Shown here one piece after another: positions 62,713 through 64,000 of a stretch of 64,000 nucleotides of DNA. Origin of the DNA: an uncultured Chloroflexia bacterium (lineage in GTDB: Bacteria; Chloroflexota; Limnocylindria; Limnocylindrales; CSP1-4); NCBI GenBank assembly GCA_963698505.1, contig CAVORC010000047.1:495-64494 (forward strand), written 5' to 3'. Both the position numbers and the translations under genes were made by a program. The notes below the pieces were generated by a model. It was given only the letters and a program-made list of their open reading frames with translations. It did no database searches and was not told where the DNA came from. The first letter of the stretch is position 1, and each line of letters starts with the position of its first letter.

Positions 62713-62925
62713 TCAGAGCTTGGCTGAGCGCTCGAGACGCTTCTGGAAGCGCTCGACCTGGCCGGCCGTGTCGACGATGGTCTGCTTGCCGGTGTAGAAG
62801 GGATGGCAGCTGGAGCAGATGTCGACGCGCAGCTCCTCGGCGGTCGAGCCGACGGTGAACTCGGTGCCGCAGGATGCGCAGCTGACCCTGGCTTGGTAGT
62901 AGTTGGGGTGCGTATCAGGCTTCAT
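62713..62925 (-). CDS. rpmE: 50S ribosomal protein L31 (Cys-containing form)
   Basis: ATG at 62925 gives [28 protein letters not shown]...[12 protein letters not shown]. Confidence 0.95.
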   Translation of the reverse strand: MKPDTHPNYYQARVSCASCGTEFTVGSTAEELRVDICSSCHPFYTGKQTIVDTAGQVERFQKRLERSAKL

Positions 62926-62947
62926 GTCGTGTGTGGATCCCTCGTGC

Positions 62948-63214
62948 CTAGCCGGCCAGCGACTCGGCTTCGACGCGGATGCGCTTCTTGTCCTTGCGGG
63001 CGTGCTCGAAGTGCACGCGGCCATCGACCGTCGCGAAGACGGTGTAGTCCTTGCCCAGCCCGGTGCCGGGACCGGAAAGGAACGTCATGCCACGCTGGCG
63101 GACGATGATCGAGCCGGCGCTGACGAGCTGGCCGTCACCGGCCTTCACGCCGAGTCGCTGGCCGACGCTGTCGCGACCGTTCTTGGAGCTGGAACCTGCC
63201 TTCTTGTGAGCCAC
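62948..63214 (-). CDS. rpmA: 50S ribosomal protein L27
   Basis: [31 protein letters not shown].... Confidence 0.97.
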   Translation of the reverse strand: MAHKKAGSSSKNGRDSVGQRLGVKAGDGQLVSAGSIIVRQRGMTFLSGPGTGLGKDYTVFATVDGRVHFEHARKDKKRIRVEAESLAG

Positions 63215-63217
63215 GTG

Positions 63218-63915
63218 TCACCCGTCCTTCTTGCTCTCGTCAGCGTCGACGGCCTCAGCCTCCTCCGCGGGTGCAGCCTCCGCCTGCCGCGTCCGGGCTC
63301 GCCTGCCGCGTCCGGGCTCGTCGTCGGGCTCGGCGCTGGCCTTGGCGGTCGACTTCGCGCTGCTCTTGGGCTTGGCCGCGGCCTTGGTCGCCTTGGGCTT
63401 GGCGTCGGCGTTCTCCGTCGCGTCCTGTGGCTCTCGGCGGCGCTGGCCTCGGCGGCGGCCAGCTTCTCCGCGAGCGCCTTGTCCGCAGCGGCCTTCTCGG
63501 CAGCGGCCTTCTCGGCAGCGGCCTTCTCGGCCTGCGCCGCGGCACGCGCCTGGCGGGCCTCGTCCTCGGCCGCCTGCTCGGCGCTCTTGGCAGCACTCTT
63601 GCCGGCGAACGCGATGTCGGTGATGCGAAGCGTGGTCAGCTCAGCACGGAACCCCTGCTTGACGCGGGTGCGTGCCTTGGGCTTGTACTTGAAGACGACG
63701 ATCTTCTCGCCTCGCTCCTGGCGCAGCACCTGCGCGGAGACGCTGGCGCCGTCCACGACGGGTCGGCCGACGGCGGACTCGTCGCCGTCCGCGACGAGCA
63801 GGACGCGATCGAGGGTGATGGAGTCGCCGGGCTGGACGTCCAGGCGATCGACCTGGATCTCCGAGCCGAGCTCGACGCGGTGCTGCTTGCCGCCTGATTC
63901 GATGACTGCGTACAT
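63218..63915 (-). CDS. rplU: 50S ribosomal protein L21 with ~130-aa Ala/Lys/Glu-rich C-terminal extension; one apparent frameshift near 63430
   Basis: ATG at 63915 gives MYAVIESGGKQHRVELGSEIQVDRL.... After AAAEASAAE the alternative frame reads QDATENADAKPKATKAAAKPK...DESKKDG and stops at 63218, 3 nt before the rpmA GTG. Confidence 0.85.
63282..63319. repeat. Perfect 19-bp tandem duplication (gcctgccgcgtccgggctc x2) inside the rplU extension
   Basis: 63282-63300 is identical to 63301-63319. The unit length is not a multiple of three. Confidence 0.9.
63485..63529. repeat. 15-bp tandem repeat x3 (gcagcggccttctcg) encoding AEKAA repeats in the rplU extension
   Basis: Three identical in-frame units at 63485-63499, 63500-63514 and 63515-63529. 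Confidence 0.9.
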
Positions 63916-64000
63916 GGGGTTCCCGTTGCGTGGTCGGTTCATGATGCGATGACTGGGTCGACGCGAGGTGTGAGTCGCAGGCGAGCACGGCGCGACAGAT

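Overview
Very GC-rich bacterial chromosome segment (GC not computed), with monoderm-type gene content; the phylum cannot be fixed from sequence alone (Actinomycetota or Chloroflexota-like). It is mostly core chromosome.

Gene order, left to right:
- A kinase-less PASTA-repeat membrane protein (partial) and a secreted HExxH protease.
- An MBL-fold protein and a formiminotransferase.
- A ferric-type ABC importer, a GNAT and a lipoprotein.
- An FMN riboswitch in front of a ThiXYZ/RibXY-type ABC importer.
- A formimino-THF cyclodeaminase.
- An SOS neighbourhood: a double LexA box before a small unknown gene, dinB, a DUF1232 gene, rplI, lexA.
- dnaB flanked by DnaA boxes, and a dodecin.
- A large STAND ATPase with a C-terminal SARP module.
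- An HD-GYP membrane protein followed by a DUF5317::MFS fusion.
- pcm, then a PIG-L / GT2 / 2x GT-C glycosylation cluster.
- A DegU/DegS-like pair whose kinase has a degenerate ATP-binding domain.
- A Tad/Flp pilus locus (flp, REC-tadZ, tadA, tadB, tadC) with an antisense sulfotransferase wedged in.
- DUF192, comFC, hpf, an XRE regulator.
- A Bacillus-like syntenic block: mreB/mbl, murA, atpCDGAHFEB-atpZ, wecA-like, glyA, tsaC, prmC, prfA, DUF1385, rpmE, rpmA, rplU.

Assembly caveat: at least 17 apparent 1-nt indels, mostly at G/C runs, break otherwise conserved genes. These are dinB, lexA, dnaB, the STAND regulator, both GT-C genes, atpH, atpB, tsaC and rplU. Several are essential, so I read them as assembly or consensus errors rather than real pseudogenes.

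I found no rRNA, tRNA, CRISPR array, transposase or prophage.

The candidates most worth a second look:
- The Tad locus context (sulfotransferase plus pseudo-kinase two-component pair).
- The deacetylase / GT2 / GT-C cluster.
- The SOS-boxed orphan gene.
- The HD-GYP plus DUF5317::MFS pair.
- A shared AT-rich upstream motif/uORF before two envelope genes.
- The reversed STAND-SARP architecture.
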